Of a stretch of DNA of 64,000 bases, positions 8,687 to 18,057 are shown one piece after another (the first letter of the stretch is position 1; each line of letters begins with the position of its first letter). Under the pieces are notes generated by a model. That model searched no databases and was not told where the DNA came from. It worked only from the letters and a program-made list of their open reading frames with translations. The position numbers and the translations under genes were made by a program. This DNA is from Patescibacteria group bacterium. GTDB taxonomy: Bacteria; Patescibacteriota; Patescibacteriia; Patescibacteriales; UBA12075. The stretch spans positions 476,565 to 540,564 of the forward strand of contig JAHILH010000001.1 in NCBI GenBank assembly GCA_018897195.1. Reading direction: 5' to 3'.

Positions 8687-9589
8687 TTAAATTGAATACT
8701 TAGTCAAAGATTGATTAACAGAATTTCTTTTTATTGAAAAATAGATGCCAATCATAATAAAGACAATTCCGGCGAATTGATACAAGGAAAAATCTTCTCG
8801 GAAAATGCTAACCAAGAAAAGCAAACTAAATAAAGAAGATGTCATTCCCAGGGAAATGGCTTTTGATATATCCAAACGCCTAAGACCCTCATACCAAATA
8901 ACCTTGCCAATACCTAATGAGATAACACCCACAAAAACAATTAATTTCCAATGACTTAAGATTGGACCAATTCCATTTCCTTGTGGCTCAAACAACAAAG
9001 CCAAAACTAACATAAAAAGGCCCCCTAATAAAAAACGCGTAAACAAAATTATCGACGGTGACACCAAATTTAAAGCCTTTTTCGCATAAAAATTACCGAG
9101 CGGAAATGTTATAGTGCTAACAACAATCAATAAATCACCAACATTTAATCGCGGGGTGCCATTATATAAAATCAACGAAGCCCCAATAAACACTCCACCC
9201 GCACCAAGTAATTTCAACCTGGTTGTTTTTTCACCAATAAAGTGTGTGAAAATTAAAGTGAATATTATTTCCGATAGCTTTAAAAAAGAAGTATTAATGC
9301 CAGACGTTTTACTTGAGCCAATAGACATTAAAAGATACGGAATTACTACAATGCAAAAAGTTACCATCAACATCGAGGCGTAAGCATTTTTATTTTTTAA
9401 TTCATGTAATTCTCCTCGAGTCGCTGCATAAATAAAAGAACCACTAGCCGCCAACAAAGTTGTAATCGCGGCAAACATCACCGGTGGCACAAGTTGCGTT
9501 CCCCTATTCACCAAAATCGGAAACATTCCACCAATCGCCGCACTTACCAAGGCAAAAATCACGCCTGCATTTTCTTCTTTTCTTGTCAT
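8687..9589 (-). CDS. EamA/DMT family transporter
   Basis: 300 aa with about 10 predicted TM helices arranged as two repeated halves, typical of DMT permeases. Confidence 0.8.
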   Translation of the reverse strand: MTRKEENAGVIFALVSAAIGGMFPILVNRGTQLVPPVMFAAITTLLAASGSFIYAATRGELHELKNKNAYASMLMVTFCIVVIPYLLMSIGSSKTSGINTSFLKLSEIIFTLIFTHFIGEKTTRLKLLGAGGVFIGASLILYNGTPRLNVGDLLIVVSTITFPLGNFYAKKALNLVSPSIILFTRFLLGGLFMLVLALLFEPQGNGIGPILSHWKLIVFVGVISLGIGKVIWYEGLRRLDISKAISLGMTSSLFSLLFLVSIFREDFSLYQFAGIVFIMIGIYFSIKRNSVNQSLTKYSI

Positions 9590-9590
9590 A

Positions 9591-9893
9591 TTAAATTACG
9601 CTTAAACTGCCAGTTAAAAAAAGATACGCTAAATATAAAAAAGTACTATTCTGGACAATTAATAACGGAATTCCAACCACAAAATACCACTTCCGAGTTT
9701 TGTGACGAAAAGCAAACATCCCAGCATACACGCCCACACTCCCAAAAACTGTCGCCATAAAAAACAACATCCCTTCAGAAATTCTTTCCGCCCCGCTAAT
9801 TCGCGACTTACTCTTATCCAAAAGCATCAAGAAAAAAGCGATAAAATTTATCGCCAAAAAGATTGATAAAATTACTAACAATTGATTGTTCAT
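9591..9893 (-). CDS. DUF1294 family membrane protein
   Basis: 100 aa. LLDKSKSRISGAERISEGMLFFMATVFGSVGVYAGMFAFRHKTRK matches the DUF1294 pattern. Confidence 0.75.
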   Translation of the reverse strand: MNNQLLVILSIFLAINFIAFFLMLLDKSKSRISGAERISEGMLFFMATVFGSVGVYAGMFAFRHKTRKWYFVVGIPLLIVQNSTFLYLAYLFLTGSLSVI

Positions 9894-9968
9894 AAATACA
9901 TAATATCATATTTGAGCCATATAAACAAAAAAACGGCCGAAGCCGTAATTTTATTATTTTGGAGTTAA

Positions 9969-10295
9969 CTAGGCAAACATCTTGCTTTCCATCTCCACCC
10001 AATCATCAAGACCCTCATCCCATTTATAAGCCATCATCTGCTGACTTCTATCGGTCTTACTATAAGTATAATCTATTTTTGTTTCTGATCCAATTCGATT
10101 GGAGTAAGTTGTTTTTTTATCTAGAATTGCCGGCCTGGAAACATATTCTAATCGCATCTTCCCTAATGGACCCGCAAAAACAATATAATCAACATCAATG
10201 CCGCCCTCTTCGTCAATATGTTCACTCCCCTCATCCTCTACCTCAAAAGTATCCTTAATGTGGCTCGTGGTGTCTTTCCATCGTTCGATATCCAT
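9969..10295 (-). CDS. hypothetical protein
   Basis: 108-aa acidic ORF. A minus-strand terminator follows: hairpin ACGGC-ttcg-GCCGT plus a T-run at plus 9924-9948. Confidence 0.5.
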   Translation of the reverse strand: MDIERWKDTTSHIKDTFEVEDEGSEHIDEEGGIDVDYIVFAGPLGKMRLEYVSRPAILDKKTTYSNRIGSETKIDYTYSKTDRSQQMMAYKWDEGLDDWVEMESKMFA

Positions 10296-10328
10296 ATTAT
10301 TTTATTGAAAGTTATAATAAAATCCTTG

Positions 10329-10401
<73 letters not shown>

Positions 10402-10418
10402 GAATAAGCTGTAATAGC

Positions 10419-11246
10419 TTAAACCTCTAATTCAACAATCTCTTGTTCCAATTCAGCCAATTTTCCATTCTCCGGATCAACTTCTTTTAATTTCTCAAAA
10501 GTAGCGCTGGCTAATTCTTTGTTTTTATTTATTATACAAAGCTCAAATTTTGTGTCAAGGTAACGCGGGTTATTAGGCTCAATATTTAGAGCTTTGTCAA
10601 TATAACTCATGGCCAAATCGTTGTTTTCGGAGATTTTTTCAATTAAGCTTAAATCAAAATATATACCAGCGAGTTGTCTATTATTAGTACTATCAACGCC
10701 GTCCAAGGCATAATCATCAGTATCGCTTTCCAGAAGCTTAATTACATGTTTGTATGTTTGCTTGGCCTCATTATATTGCTTTTTTTCAAAATACAAATCA
10801 CCAAGACCTTGAAAAGCTTTCAGATTTTGGCTATCCATGCCAATAATTTCGATATATTTTTTTTCGGCTAAATCCTCATCATCATTCTTCAAACATTCTT
10901 CAATATCAAGAAACAAACGACTGATAATAGTCTCCTCGCTTTCCAAATTCACTTTCTTGTCTTTTTTATAATTAAGCTTATGCTCAATTAGTCTATCATG
11001 AAGATCAACAAAAAATTCCGAAATATTTGCAATCATGGGCTTAAGAAGACTTAAGGCTTGATTCTGATATTTGGAATAATTTCTTTTTATTCTATTGCTA
11101 ATTATCTGTTGTTTGAATTTTGCTTCTCGCTCTTTTTTGATTGCTTCAACGTCCAAGCTGGCCAAGACAGAGAACTTTCGAATTGCAATAATAATAATTG
11201 CAGTCAGGCCGGCTAAAATCAAAATCAATGGAATTATATCGTACAT
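10419..11246 (-). CDS. TPR-repeat protein with N-terminal membrane anchor
   Basis: 275 aa. N-terminal TM helix (IIPLILILAGLTAIIIIAI). TPR-like repeats are present (AFQGLGDLYFEKKQYNEAKQTYKHVIKL, MSYIDKALNIEPNNPRY). Confidence 0.65.
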   Translation of the reverse strand: MYDIIPLILILAGLTAIIIIAIRKFSVLASLDVEAIKKEREAKFKQQIISNRIKRNYSKYQNQALSLLKPMIANISEFFVDLHDRLIEHKLNYKKDKKVNLESEETIISRLFLDIEECLKNDDEDLAEKKYIEIIGMDSQNLKAFQGLGDLYFEKKQYNEAKQTYKHVIKLLESDTDDYALDGVDSTNNRQLAGIYFDLSLIEKISENNDLAMSYIDKALNIEPNNPRYLDTKFELCIINKNKELASATFEKLKEVDPENGKLAELEQEIVELEV

Positions 11247-11268
11247 AGTTAATTATTTGTTACATTTA

Positions 11269-12126
11269 TTATTTCACTCTTCCAGCACTTCCGAAAATTT
11301 TCATGTGCTTCATAGTCACCTCTTCAATCGCCGCGACACTTGGACTCATTAGCTTGCGTGGATCAGTTTCTTTGACATTTTCTAGGCAAGTTTTTTTCAG
11401 AGCTTCAGCAAAGGCAATTTTAATATCACTACCAATATTAATAATATTAACACCTTCCTTAATGGCTTTCTTAATTTTTTGACTAGGTAGACCAGAACCG
11501 CCATGTAAAACAAAAGTTCTTCTAGTTTGCTTTTTAATACTTTTCAAAAGTGGAACAATAATATCCTCATTATCATAAACACCGTGTGCCGTGCCAACTG
11601 CCGCGGCGATTGTATCCACGCCAGTCTTCTCTACAAATTCAACTACTTCTTCTAATTTTGCAAGTTGAATACCTTCAAGTTGTCCACCAATATCACCATG
11701 GCCGCCCATGATTGCACCAACCTCGCCCTGTACCCAAACGTTTTTCTTATGAGCAATGGTGACAATTTTCTTCGTAATTGCAATATTTTCTTTTAAGGGC
11801 AAATGTGAACCATCCATGTGCACTGAGGAAAAGCCAGCCTTGATACAAGCTAATACAATGTCTGGATTCTTGCCATGGTCAAGATGAAAAGTCAAGGGCA
11901 CCTTGGTTGCACTTGTCTTAGCCACCGTTGTCACCAAGGCCACAAAAGCCTCTAGGCCCATATATTTTATTGCACCTTCTGATACTTGAATAATTGCCGG
12001 CGAACCCGCTCGCACAGCCGCATTAGCCACGCCCAAAATCGATTCTAAGCCGTGAACATTAAAAGCGCCTACGCAATATCCCCCTTTTTCTGCATTTTTT
12101 ACTATTTCTTTGATGTGTACTAACAT
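11269..12126 (-). CDS. fba: class II fructose-bisphosphate aldolase
   Basis: 285 aa. Motifs: GAFNVHGLE, FHLDHGK, VHMDGSHLP, LHGGSGLP. Confidence 0.9.
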   Translation of the reverse strand: MLVHIKEIVKNAEKGGYCVGAFNVHGLESILGVANAAVRAGSPAIIQVSEGAIKYMGLEAFVALVTTVAKTSATKVPLTFHLDHGKNPDIVLACIKAGFSSVHMDGSHLPLKENIAITKKIVTIAHKKNVWVQGEVGAIMGGHGDIGGQLEGIQLAKLEEVVEFVEKTGVDTIAAAVGTAHGVYDNEDIIVPLLKSIKKQTRRTFVLHGGSGLPSQKIKKAIKEGVNIINIGSDIKIAFAEALKKTCLENVKETDPRKLMSPSVAAIEEVTMKHMKIFGSAGRVK

Positions 12127-12132
12127 AAATAT

Positions 12133-12900
12133 TTATTTAATAATCGCTTTCGCTACTTTATAAAACTCTTCGACATCAAGACTGGCGCCACCGACTAGTA
12201 GGCCGTCCAAGTTGTCCAAATCCACAAAACTTTTTACATTTTTGCTATTAATACTGCCACCGTAAATAATTTTAAAGTTATTATTAACTATCTTCATACC
12301 AAACATATCGTTTAGTGTCAAACGGATAATTTTGTGCGCATATTCAGCTTCAGTTGGCTCAATCGCCGTACCAGAGCCAATTGCCCAGATTGGTTCATAA
12401 GCTACTACGATTTGCTGATTACCAACAACATCAATTCCGCTCAAGGCTTGCTGTATTTGATCGAACAAAACGTAATCACGACGATCAGTTTTTCGCTCAT
12501 CCCAGTTTTCACCAATGCAAACAACCGGTGTTAAGTTTTCCATCTGCAAGACCGCCTTGACTTCTTTATGAATCATTTCATAATTAACCATCAAAAATTT
12601 ACGACGCTCTGAGTGACCAATAATAACATATTCGCAACCAGCCTCAACCAATAAACTTGGGGAAATTTCACCAGTATAAGCACCATTCTCCTCCCAAAAA
12701 ACATCTTGACCGCCTAATTTAATATTACTGCCTTGCAAAACATCTCGCACGCCTAATAAAGAAATAAAATTTGGACAAACGGCAATTTGCTCTCCATCCA
12801 TATTTTTAAACTTTGCTTTAATTTTTTTAGCTAAGTCTAATGACTCTGCCAAACTAAGCTTCATCTTCCAATTTGCGATGACGATTTTTTCGTTTTTCAT
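12133..12900 (-). CDS. tpiA: triosephosphate isomerase
   Basis: 255 aa. Motifs: IANWKM, IGHSERR, AYEPIWAIGSG, YGGSI. Confidence 0.93.
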   Translation of the reverse strand: MKNEKIVIANWKMKLSLAESLDLAKKIKAKFKNMDGEQIAVCPNFISLLGVRDVLQGSNIKLGGQDVFWEENGAYTGEISPSLLVEAGCEYVIIGHSERRKFLMVNYEMIHKEVKAVLQMENLTPVVCIGENWDERKTDRRDYVLFDQIQQALSGIDVVGNQQIVVAYEPIWAIGSGTAIEPTEAEYAHKIIRLTLNDMFGMKIVNNNFKIIYGGSINSKNVKSFVDLDNLDGLLVGGASLDVEEFYKVAKAIIK

Positions 12901-12917
12901 ATTTTTTATATTATTAA

Positions 12918-13910
12918 TTAATTATTCCAAGAAAAATTATTAAACGCCCATTTGGCCAAGTTGTGCGCTTGATAAAAGCGTGATGCTTTTTCGCTATCAT
13001 CCAAAATTACCGAGATAATATTTTTATTTTTATCATCAACAAACTTACCTACAAAACAATAACCGGCTGAATTGGTAAAACCAGTCTTGCCGCCAATAAC
13101 TCTAATCCCATCAGTAATTTCATCGTCCAATAAAATATTCGTGCTTTTAGCAATAACCTCACGTCCATTTTTTGTTTTAAAAATATATTTATCCTGCGCC
13201 ACAATCCCAGCAATCACTTCATTGGCAAAAGCCAAGTTAGCCAACTTGGCCACATCAAGTGCTGTCGACAGATTTTGCTCTAAACCAATCGTGTCAATAA
13301 AATTCGTATCAGCCAAACCATTCTCCTTGGCAAAAAGATTCATTTCTATTACAAACTCTTTTACACTTAAGTCACTGGCACTTACCAAGGCCATCGTCGC
13401 CATATTATCCGATGACACCAAGCTCAAATTCAAAAGATCTTTAATCGTCACTAAGTCACCCGTACGCAGGTGCAACAAGCCACCCTCAACTCGATCCTCT
13501 TTTTTTACCTCATAGACGCTATCCAGGCTTAAATTCTTTTTTAAAAAAACTAACGCAGTTGCCAATTTGGTAATACTGGCAATTGCAACTTTTTCTGTCG
13601 AATTTTTATCGTAAATTGTCGAGCCGCTCTTGCAATCAAGAACCACCGCCTTGCCAGTTTTTAAATTATATTCAGAGCTACTAGCATTCTTTGTTGGTGG
13701 TAAATTTTCATCAACAATGCTCGGTAAAAAATTATTTTGTGGCTCGATGTTACTGTCTACCTCTCCATTGGACGCTTCTTCACTCACACCCAAGACAATA
13801 CCGTTCTTATCCAAACTAGCTTCAAGGGAGTGATTGGAGCCGGATTTGCCATAGACAAAAATGCCAAACACAAAAAAAATGATTGTAAATAATGATAAAG
13901 TCTTACGCAT
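12918..13910 (-). CDS. D-alanyl-D-alanine carboxypeptidase (S11 penicillin-binding protein)
   Basis: Start set at the ATG at plus 13908-13910 (MRKTLSLFTIIFFVF, a signal anchor). SxxK is present as ASITK, SxN as SSDN, and KTG as GKTGFT. Confidence 0.85.
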   Translation of the reverse strand: MRKTLSLFTIIFFVFGIFVYGKSGSNHSLEASLDKNGIVLGVSEEASNGEVDSNIEPQNNFLPSIVDENLPPTKNASSSEYNLKTGKAVVLDCKSGSTIYDKNSTEKVAIASITKLATALVFLKKNLSLDSVYEVKKEDRVEGGLLHLRTGDLVTIKDLLNLSLVSSDNMATMALVSASDLSVKEFVIEMNLFAKENGLADTNFIDTIGLEQNLSTALDVAKLANLAFANEVIAGIVAQDKYIFKTKNGREVIAKSTNILLDDEITDGIRVIGGKTGFTNSAGYCFVGKFVDDKNKNIISVILDDSEKASRFYQAHNLAKWAFNNFSWNN

Positions 13911-13996
13911 GGGGATACGTATCAACCGCAAGTTTTAAGCTGCAAGTTGAAAATTTATTTTTATTAAATTTTATTTCTCTTTATAATTTTTTCTTA

Positions 13997-14548
13997 CTAA
14001 TTTTCCTCTTTTTTTTCTCCCAAAATTTCGTCCAAATTCATATCTTTGCTTAATCGTTCATAATCAGGTAATTCAGTAATGTCATTTATGCCCAAATGTC
14101 GTATGAAGTCAAAGGTAACACTATAATAACTCTCGCCATCCTCACTACCCTCCTTTGACTCAATTAAGCCACGCAGTAATAAGTTCTTTAAAATGAGCGA
14201 ACAATTAATACCCCTGATTCGATTCAAATCTGCTCGAGAAATCGGTCCGCGATATGCAATAATGGTCAAGGTCTCAAGACTAGGACGACTCAATTCGCCC
14301 GTGGTTTCATCTTTGATTAATTCGCGAATCAAACCAGCATTGTCTGGTGCTGTTACCATTTGATATTTGGCGTGGTCTTTAACTATCTGCATACCTCGCC
14401 CACTCTCACGATATTCGGCCAGCAGCTCATCGCCAGCTTTTTCTAATTCGCCTACCTCAACCTTGATCAATTCCGCCAGATGACTAATTGCAATCGGCTT
14501 AGCTGAAACAAATAACAGCGATTCAATTTTTGACTTCAATTCATTCAT
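13997..14548 (-). CDS. scpB: segregation and condensation protein B
   Basis: 183 aa. Motifs: IESLLFVSAKPI, RPSLETLTIIAYRGPISRADLNRIRGIN. Confidence 0.9.
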   Translation of the reverse strand: MNELKSKIESLLFVSAKPIAISHLAELIKVEVGELEKAGDELLAEYRESGRGMQIVKDHAKYQMVTAPDNAGLIRELIKDETTGELSRPSLETLTIIAYRGPISRADLNRIRGINCSLILKNLLLRGLIESKEGSEDGESYYSVTFDFIRHLGINDITELPDYERLSKDMNLDEILGEKKEEN

Positions 14549-14558
14549 TGTTTTAATC

Positions 14559-15272
14559 TTAATTCACAACTCTCGAGATTGTAATCTCGCCAAACAAATC
14601 CTCCTGGTCTAAAACCAGCTCGCGTTGTCGCATCAACTCCAAAACTGCCAAAAAACTAACCACAACATCCGCCTTCGAACTACAATTTTCAATTAATTTA
14701 TCAAAACTGGTTTTCACTTTATTCAAAAACATCTTTTGGATGTTGGCAATACGCTCCTCGATACTAACCTTATATTCCAACACCTCTTCAGTTAATTTTT
14801 TCACTGGCTTAATCCTGGCTAGTAACTCCTCGAAAGTATTTTTTAAATCAATCATCTTTAGATCCTTGGGTGGTGAAAAAGAATTAGTGTTATTCAAAAT
14901 CGCTTTTTTATTAAACTCACGTACAAACATAAATCGCTGTGTCGCCAAAATATCCTCAACACTCTTAGCTGCTTCCAAATATTCTTTATAAATCTTCAAT
15001 TGCTTTTCAAACTCTTCCAAGTCTTCTTCTTCCTCCTCGTCCTGTTGCAAGAACGGCAATAAGGCTCGTGACTTAATATACAAAAGTCGCGCGGCTATAA
15101 ACAAAAAATCAGCCACGTCGCCAGGGCTTATTTGGGTTGATTTTTTTACAAACTCAACATACTGATCCGCAATCGCTGCCAAACTGATTTTCGTGATATC
15201 CATCTCCTCTTTTTCTATCAATTTTAGCAATAAATCCAAGGGACCTTCAAATTTTTCCAAGATTATTTTCAT
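14559..15272 (-). CDS. scpA: segregation and condensation protein A
   Basis: 237 aa. FEGPLDLLLKLIEKEEMDITKISLAAIADQY is typical of the ScpA N-terminus. Confidence 0.9.
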   Translation of the reverse strand: MKIILEKFEGPLDLLLKLIEKEEMDITKISLAAIADQYVEFVKKSTQISPGDVADFLFIAARLLYIKSRALLPFLQQDEEEEEDLEEFEKQLKIYKEYLEAAKSVEDILATQRFMFVREFNKKAILNNTNSFSPPKDLKMIDLKNTFEELLARIKPVKKLTEEVLEYKVSIEERIANIQKMFLNKVKTSFDKLIENCSSKADVVVSFLAVLELMRQRELVLDQEDLFGEITISRVVN

Positions 15273-15344
15273 ATATACTTATACACATATTATACATTAA
15301 TATGAATATAAAAACAAATTTCACCATCTTGAATATTCCTTTAT

Positions 15345-15385
15345 AACACAAAAGATTCGACCATCTTATCGACTATCGAATCTTT
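15345..15385 (-). terminator. rho-independent terminator (after the DUF5671-like gene)
   Basis: 10-bp stem AAAGATTCGA/TCGAATCTTT, followed on the minus strand by TTTTGTGTT. Confidence 0.7.
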
Positions 15386-15413
15386 GTACTTTTTGTTTAA
15401 TTTTACAGAAAAC

Positions 15414-16397
15414 CTACCGAATAGCTTCCATTTGCGTTGCCTTCGGATTTTCAAATATTTTCTGCGTAAAGCAATATCGACCAGCATCATGGTCCCAAAT
15501 TACTTGTCCATAATAAGTAATATTCTCATTCGCTTTTTTATTTGAGGCCTTAAAGACGGAACATGTTTCATAATGTGTCGCATCAACAACCTTGTACTCA
15601 AATTTTTCTTTACTAATCGGATTAACAAAATCTTTTTCTTGCAAAGCGTACTCTTTTATCAAGATTGAAAAATCGTTAGGCAGTTTGCCCTTCTCGGTAT
15701 AATAACGATCCAAATAACTATGGACATTATTCAAATTATTAATCACCTGCTCATCCATCTTTCTGTCTCTGGTCTGCGTTGGTGTCTCCACCACAAACAA
15801 AGCACCCACAAAAGAGATAACCACTACGGCCAAGGCGGCCCAGAAATAAATCTTTACCACTTTATCTTTTTTGTCTTTAATTTCCACCCTCTTTATGTCA
15901 TAAAAATAAAAACCAAAAATTGCTCCCGAAATCACCAATGACGTAAGCGCTTTTAACAAAAACTTCAAGGTCAATTCTCCGTTTAAAAAACCGTTCAGGG
16001 TGCCGATTAACCAACCAATCACCACAAATGAAGAAATTAAAATAATAAAATAACCAAGCCATTTTCTAATTGGCGATTCTTTGTCCAATTCACCCGTGAA
16101 TAAATTCTTCATGATTTGCATAGTGATAAAGAAATAAATCGGCGCCGAAATAAAAATCACTGAAATCACCGACTTCATCACATCGTCAGAATACGTCCCA
16201 CTATACTGATTCACTACATCAACAATATACTTGTTGATAATCTGAAAAATCACCGTCCCCGTCGACATCGCCATCGCAATCAAGGCCACCAAGCTCAGGA
16301 TGTAATAAAAGGCAAACTTTGCCGCGTTGTTTGAGTTCATAAAATTGTTTGAGATAATTAACATGGTTATTTGTCTCATCAACAAATAGTTTGCCAA
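15414..16397 (-). CDS. DUF5671-like integral membrane protein with C-terminal extracytoplasmic domain
   Basis: 327 aa with six or so TM helices at the N-terminus. The C-terminal part (LPNDFSIL...FEYKVVDATHYETCSVF) resembles the CPR-typical DUF5671 family. The track start is TTG, so the true start is uncertain. Confidence 0.6.
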   Translation of the reverse strand: MANYLLMRQITMLIISNNFMNSNNAAKFAFYYILSLVALIAMAMSTGTVIFQIINKYIVDVVNQYSGTYSDDVMKSVISVIFISAPIYFFITMQIMKNLFTGELDKESPIRKWLGYFIILISSFVVIGWLIGTLNGFLNGELTLKFLLKALTSLVISGAIFGFYFYDIKRVEIKDKKDKVVKIYFWAALAVVVISFVGALFVVETPTQTRDRKMDEQVINNLNNVHSYLDRYYTEKGKLPNDFSILIKEYALQEKDFVNPISKEKFEYKVVDATHYETCSVFKASNKKANENITYYGQVIWDHDAGRYCFTQKIFENPKATQMEAIR

Positions 16398-16421
16398 TTT
16401 ATCCTTTATTTAATTAACAAT

Positions 16422-17549
16422 TTAAATAATGCCAACTACTTGATTTATTAATTCCGCCCTTGACCGTCTGTATCCACTCAACTTCTTCAAGGCTTGTTTT
16501 TCTTTTTCTGCTATAAACCGTTTAACAACCATTTCTTTTTGCGCTTTATCAGCTTGATCAGTATCAACAACCAATCTTCCCAATTCTTCATCATTAATAT
16601 TGTACCCACCTTTTCTCAAGAAACCTATTACCTCTTTGTAACCATCCCGGTCCTCACTAAATCGATCCATCAATAATGAAATTCTAGTTTTTCCTTTTTC
16701 CAAAAAAGATCTCTTATCGGCAATTTCCAACCAAACATCCTTTAACTCATCAAGTGCTTTTTCATTTTTTATTCTCCCTCGATATTCATCAATTTTTAAC
16801 AACTCCTTAAAAACTTTTAAACCTTCAGAAATATGGGCGGTGCCAATATCCAAATTAGGCACTAAATCATAGTTAGCCAAATTGGCCACATTTTTTTGAT
16901 TCCTAATATCTTCAGACATTGCCTGGATTTTTTTCTGGAAAATTTCTTCTGAATCATGAACCAAAGCCGTAATCTCATCACCGCCATGACGATAACCATC
17001 AAAACCATGACTTTTAATCTTTTCGCTGATATTTTTTAAAAGTTTATCACCAACACTGTGTCCTGCCTCGTTTGCCAATGAAAGATAAGAGACGTCGCTC
17101 ATCATTACTGATAAGTTAATATGCCGACAATCATCATCTAAGGCCTGAATCGCGCTTATTACCTTGTCATTGCTAATCGCTACATCGCTATCAAGACCAA
17201 ATATAACGCGCAAATCCTCGTCCATTTTTTTAAAAAGTTCTTTTCTAATTTTAAATCCAGTTACATCATCAATTAACACATCCTCATATTTTTTTTGCAA
17301 ATCCTTGGCAGACTGCTTATCATTGAAAATTTTCTCCTCAAGCATGTCATTTAAGTCCTCCACCTCTATGGTGTCTCTATATTGTTCGGCAATCCAATTA
17401 TTCTTAACCGCCTCATAATTAGCATCGCTTGTTCGTTCATTATTTTCTTTGTCATAAATTTCAGCCAAGTCTGTCATTGCTTGCTGTTTTCTTTTTTCGA
17501 TATCACTTGTTTTTGCAGGAGAAGATTCTGCGGAAAATTCTTTTGTCAT
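16422..17549 (-). CDS. GGDEF-domain protein (putative nucleotide cyclase; GGDEI variant), no recognisable sensor domain
   Basis: 375 aa. The ordered GGDEF-family landmarks are DDVTGFKIRKELF (DxLTGLxNRR-like), MMSDVSYLSLANEAGHSVGDKLL (DxDxFKxxNDxxGHxxGDxxL-like), YRHGGDEITALV, LDIGTAHI and ADKRSFLEKGKTR. Confidence 0.7.
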   Translation of the reverse strand: MTKEFSAESSPAKTSDIEKRKQQAMTDLAEIYDKENNERTSDANYEAVKNNWIAEQYRDTIEVEDLNDMLEEKIFNDKQSAKDLQKKYEDVLIDDVTGFKIRKELFKKMDEDLRVIFGLDSDVAISNDKVISAIQALDDDCRHINLSVMMSDVSYLSLANEAGHSVGDKLLKNISEKIKSHGFDGYRHGGDEITALVHDSEEIFQKKIQAMSEDIRNQKNVANLANYDLVPNLDIGTAHISEGLKVFKELLKIDEYRGRIKNEKALDELKDVWLEIADKRSFLEKGKTRISLLMDRFSEDRDGYKEVIGFLRKGGYNINDEELGRLVVDTDQADKAQKEMVVKRFIAEKEKQALKKLSGYRRSRAELINQVVGII

Positions 17550-17559
17550 ATATTTTTTT

Positions 17560-17601
17560 TAAAATAAAAATAGGCAATTATCTTAATATGATAACTGCCT
17601 A
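17560..17601 (-). terminator. rho-independent terminator (after the 92-aa ORF)
   Basis: Hairpin TAGGCAGTTATC/GATAATTGCCTA (one mismatch), followed on the minus strand by TTTTTATTTT. Confidence 0.7.
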
Positions 17602-17634
17602 TAGTTTAGCATTTTCTTTCAAAAAAACAATATC

Positions 17635-17913
17635 CTAAGCAATTCTGCCAAACATCGGATCCTTGAATAATTGCTGATATTTCCCATTTTTATTGCGCAT
17701 GAGACCGCTAAGCCAGTTGTGCAGGTCAGACTCATCCATCCTGCCAAAATCAACTTTCAGCTCATCGGCTGTTTTTTGGCTCAGATTGGCAAAATCTTCT
17801 TCAATTTTCCGACCTTTCATGGACGCTTGAATCAAAATATCAAAAATTTTGTCCTCCACATCAGGAAAGCGAGTTCTTAAAAAATCAAACAAATCCTGGC
17901 CAATATGGTTCAT
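17635..17913 (-). CDS. hypothetical small protein
   Basis: Start set at the ATG (MNHIGQDLFDF...), 5 nt after AGGAGG. 92 aa with no recognisable motif. It has its own terminator. Confidence 0.5.
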   Translation of the reverse strand: MNHIGQDLFDFLRTRFPDVEDKIFDILIQASMKGRKIEEDFANLSQKTADELKVDFGRMDESDLHNWLSGLMRNKNGKYQQLFKDPMFGRIA

Positions 17914-18011
17914 ACACACCTCCTATGTTATTTTTATTATAAAGAGCGATAATAATTAAGCGCTTTTATCTTTATCTTTTAAGCAAAGATTGTCAAGGGC
18001 GTGCGTCAAAT

Positions 18012-18054
18012 ATATTAAAAAACGCTACGGGGTTTATTTGGACCCCGTAGCGTT
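18012..18054 (-). terminator. rho-independent terminator (after the 538-aa GGDEF-like gene)
   Basis: 12-bp stem AACGCTACGGGG/CCCCGTAGCGTT, followed on the minus strand by TTTTTTAATATATT. It starts 3 nt after the stop codon. Confidence 0.85.
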
Positions 18055-18057
18055 AAA

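Noticed and set aside
13072-13515. Long antisense ORFs opposite confident genes (for example 13072..13515, 29019..29513, 29526..30026, 48463..48870, 50336..50839, 52286..52678)
   Set aside because: These are shadow ORFs on the strand opposite well-supported genes (PBP, methyltransferase, MCPs, kinase). They have low-complexity translations, and I saw no convincing start or Shine-Dalgarno context for any of them.
15414-16397. TTG/GTG starts given by the ORF track for several genes (for example 18058..19761, 46413..46784, 46798..47181, 54354..54677, 3687..5048, 5191..5826)
   Set aside because: In each case an internal ATG gives a conventional N-terminus for the family. Most have a better Shine-Dalgarno or avoid overlap with the upstream gene; the lexA start was chosen from its near-leaderless promoter context. 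The coordinates were trimmed accordingly. The DUF5671-like start remains unresolved.
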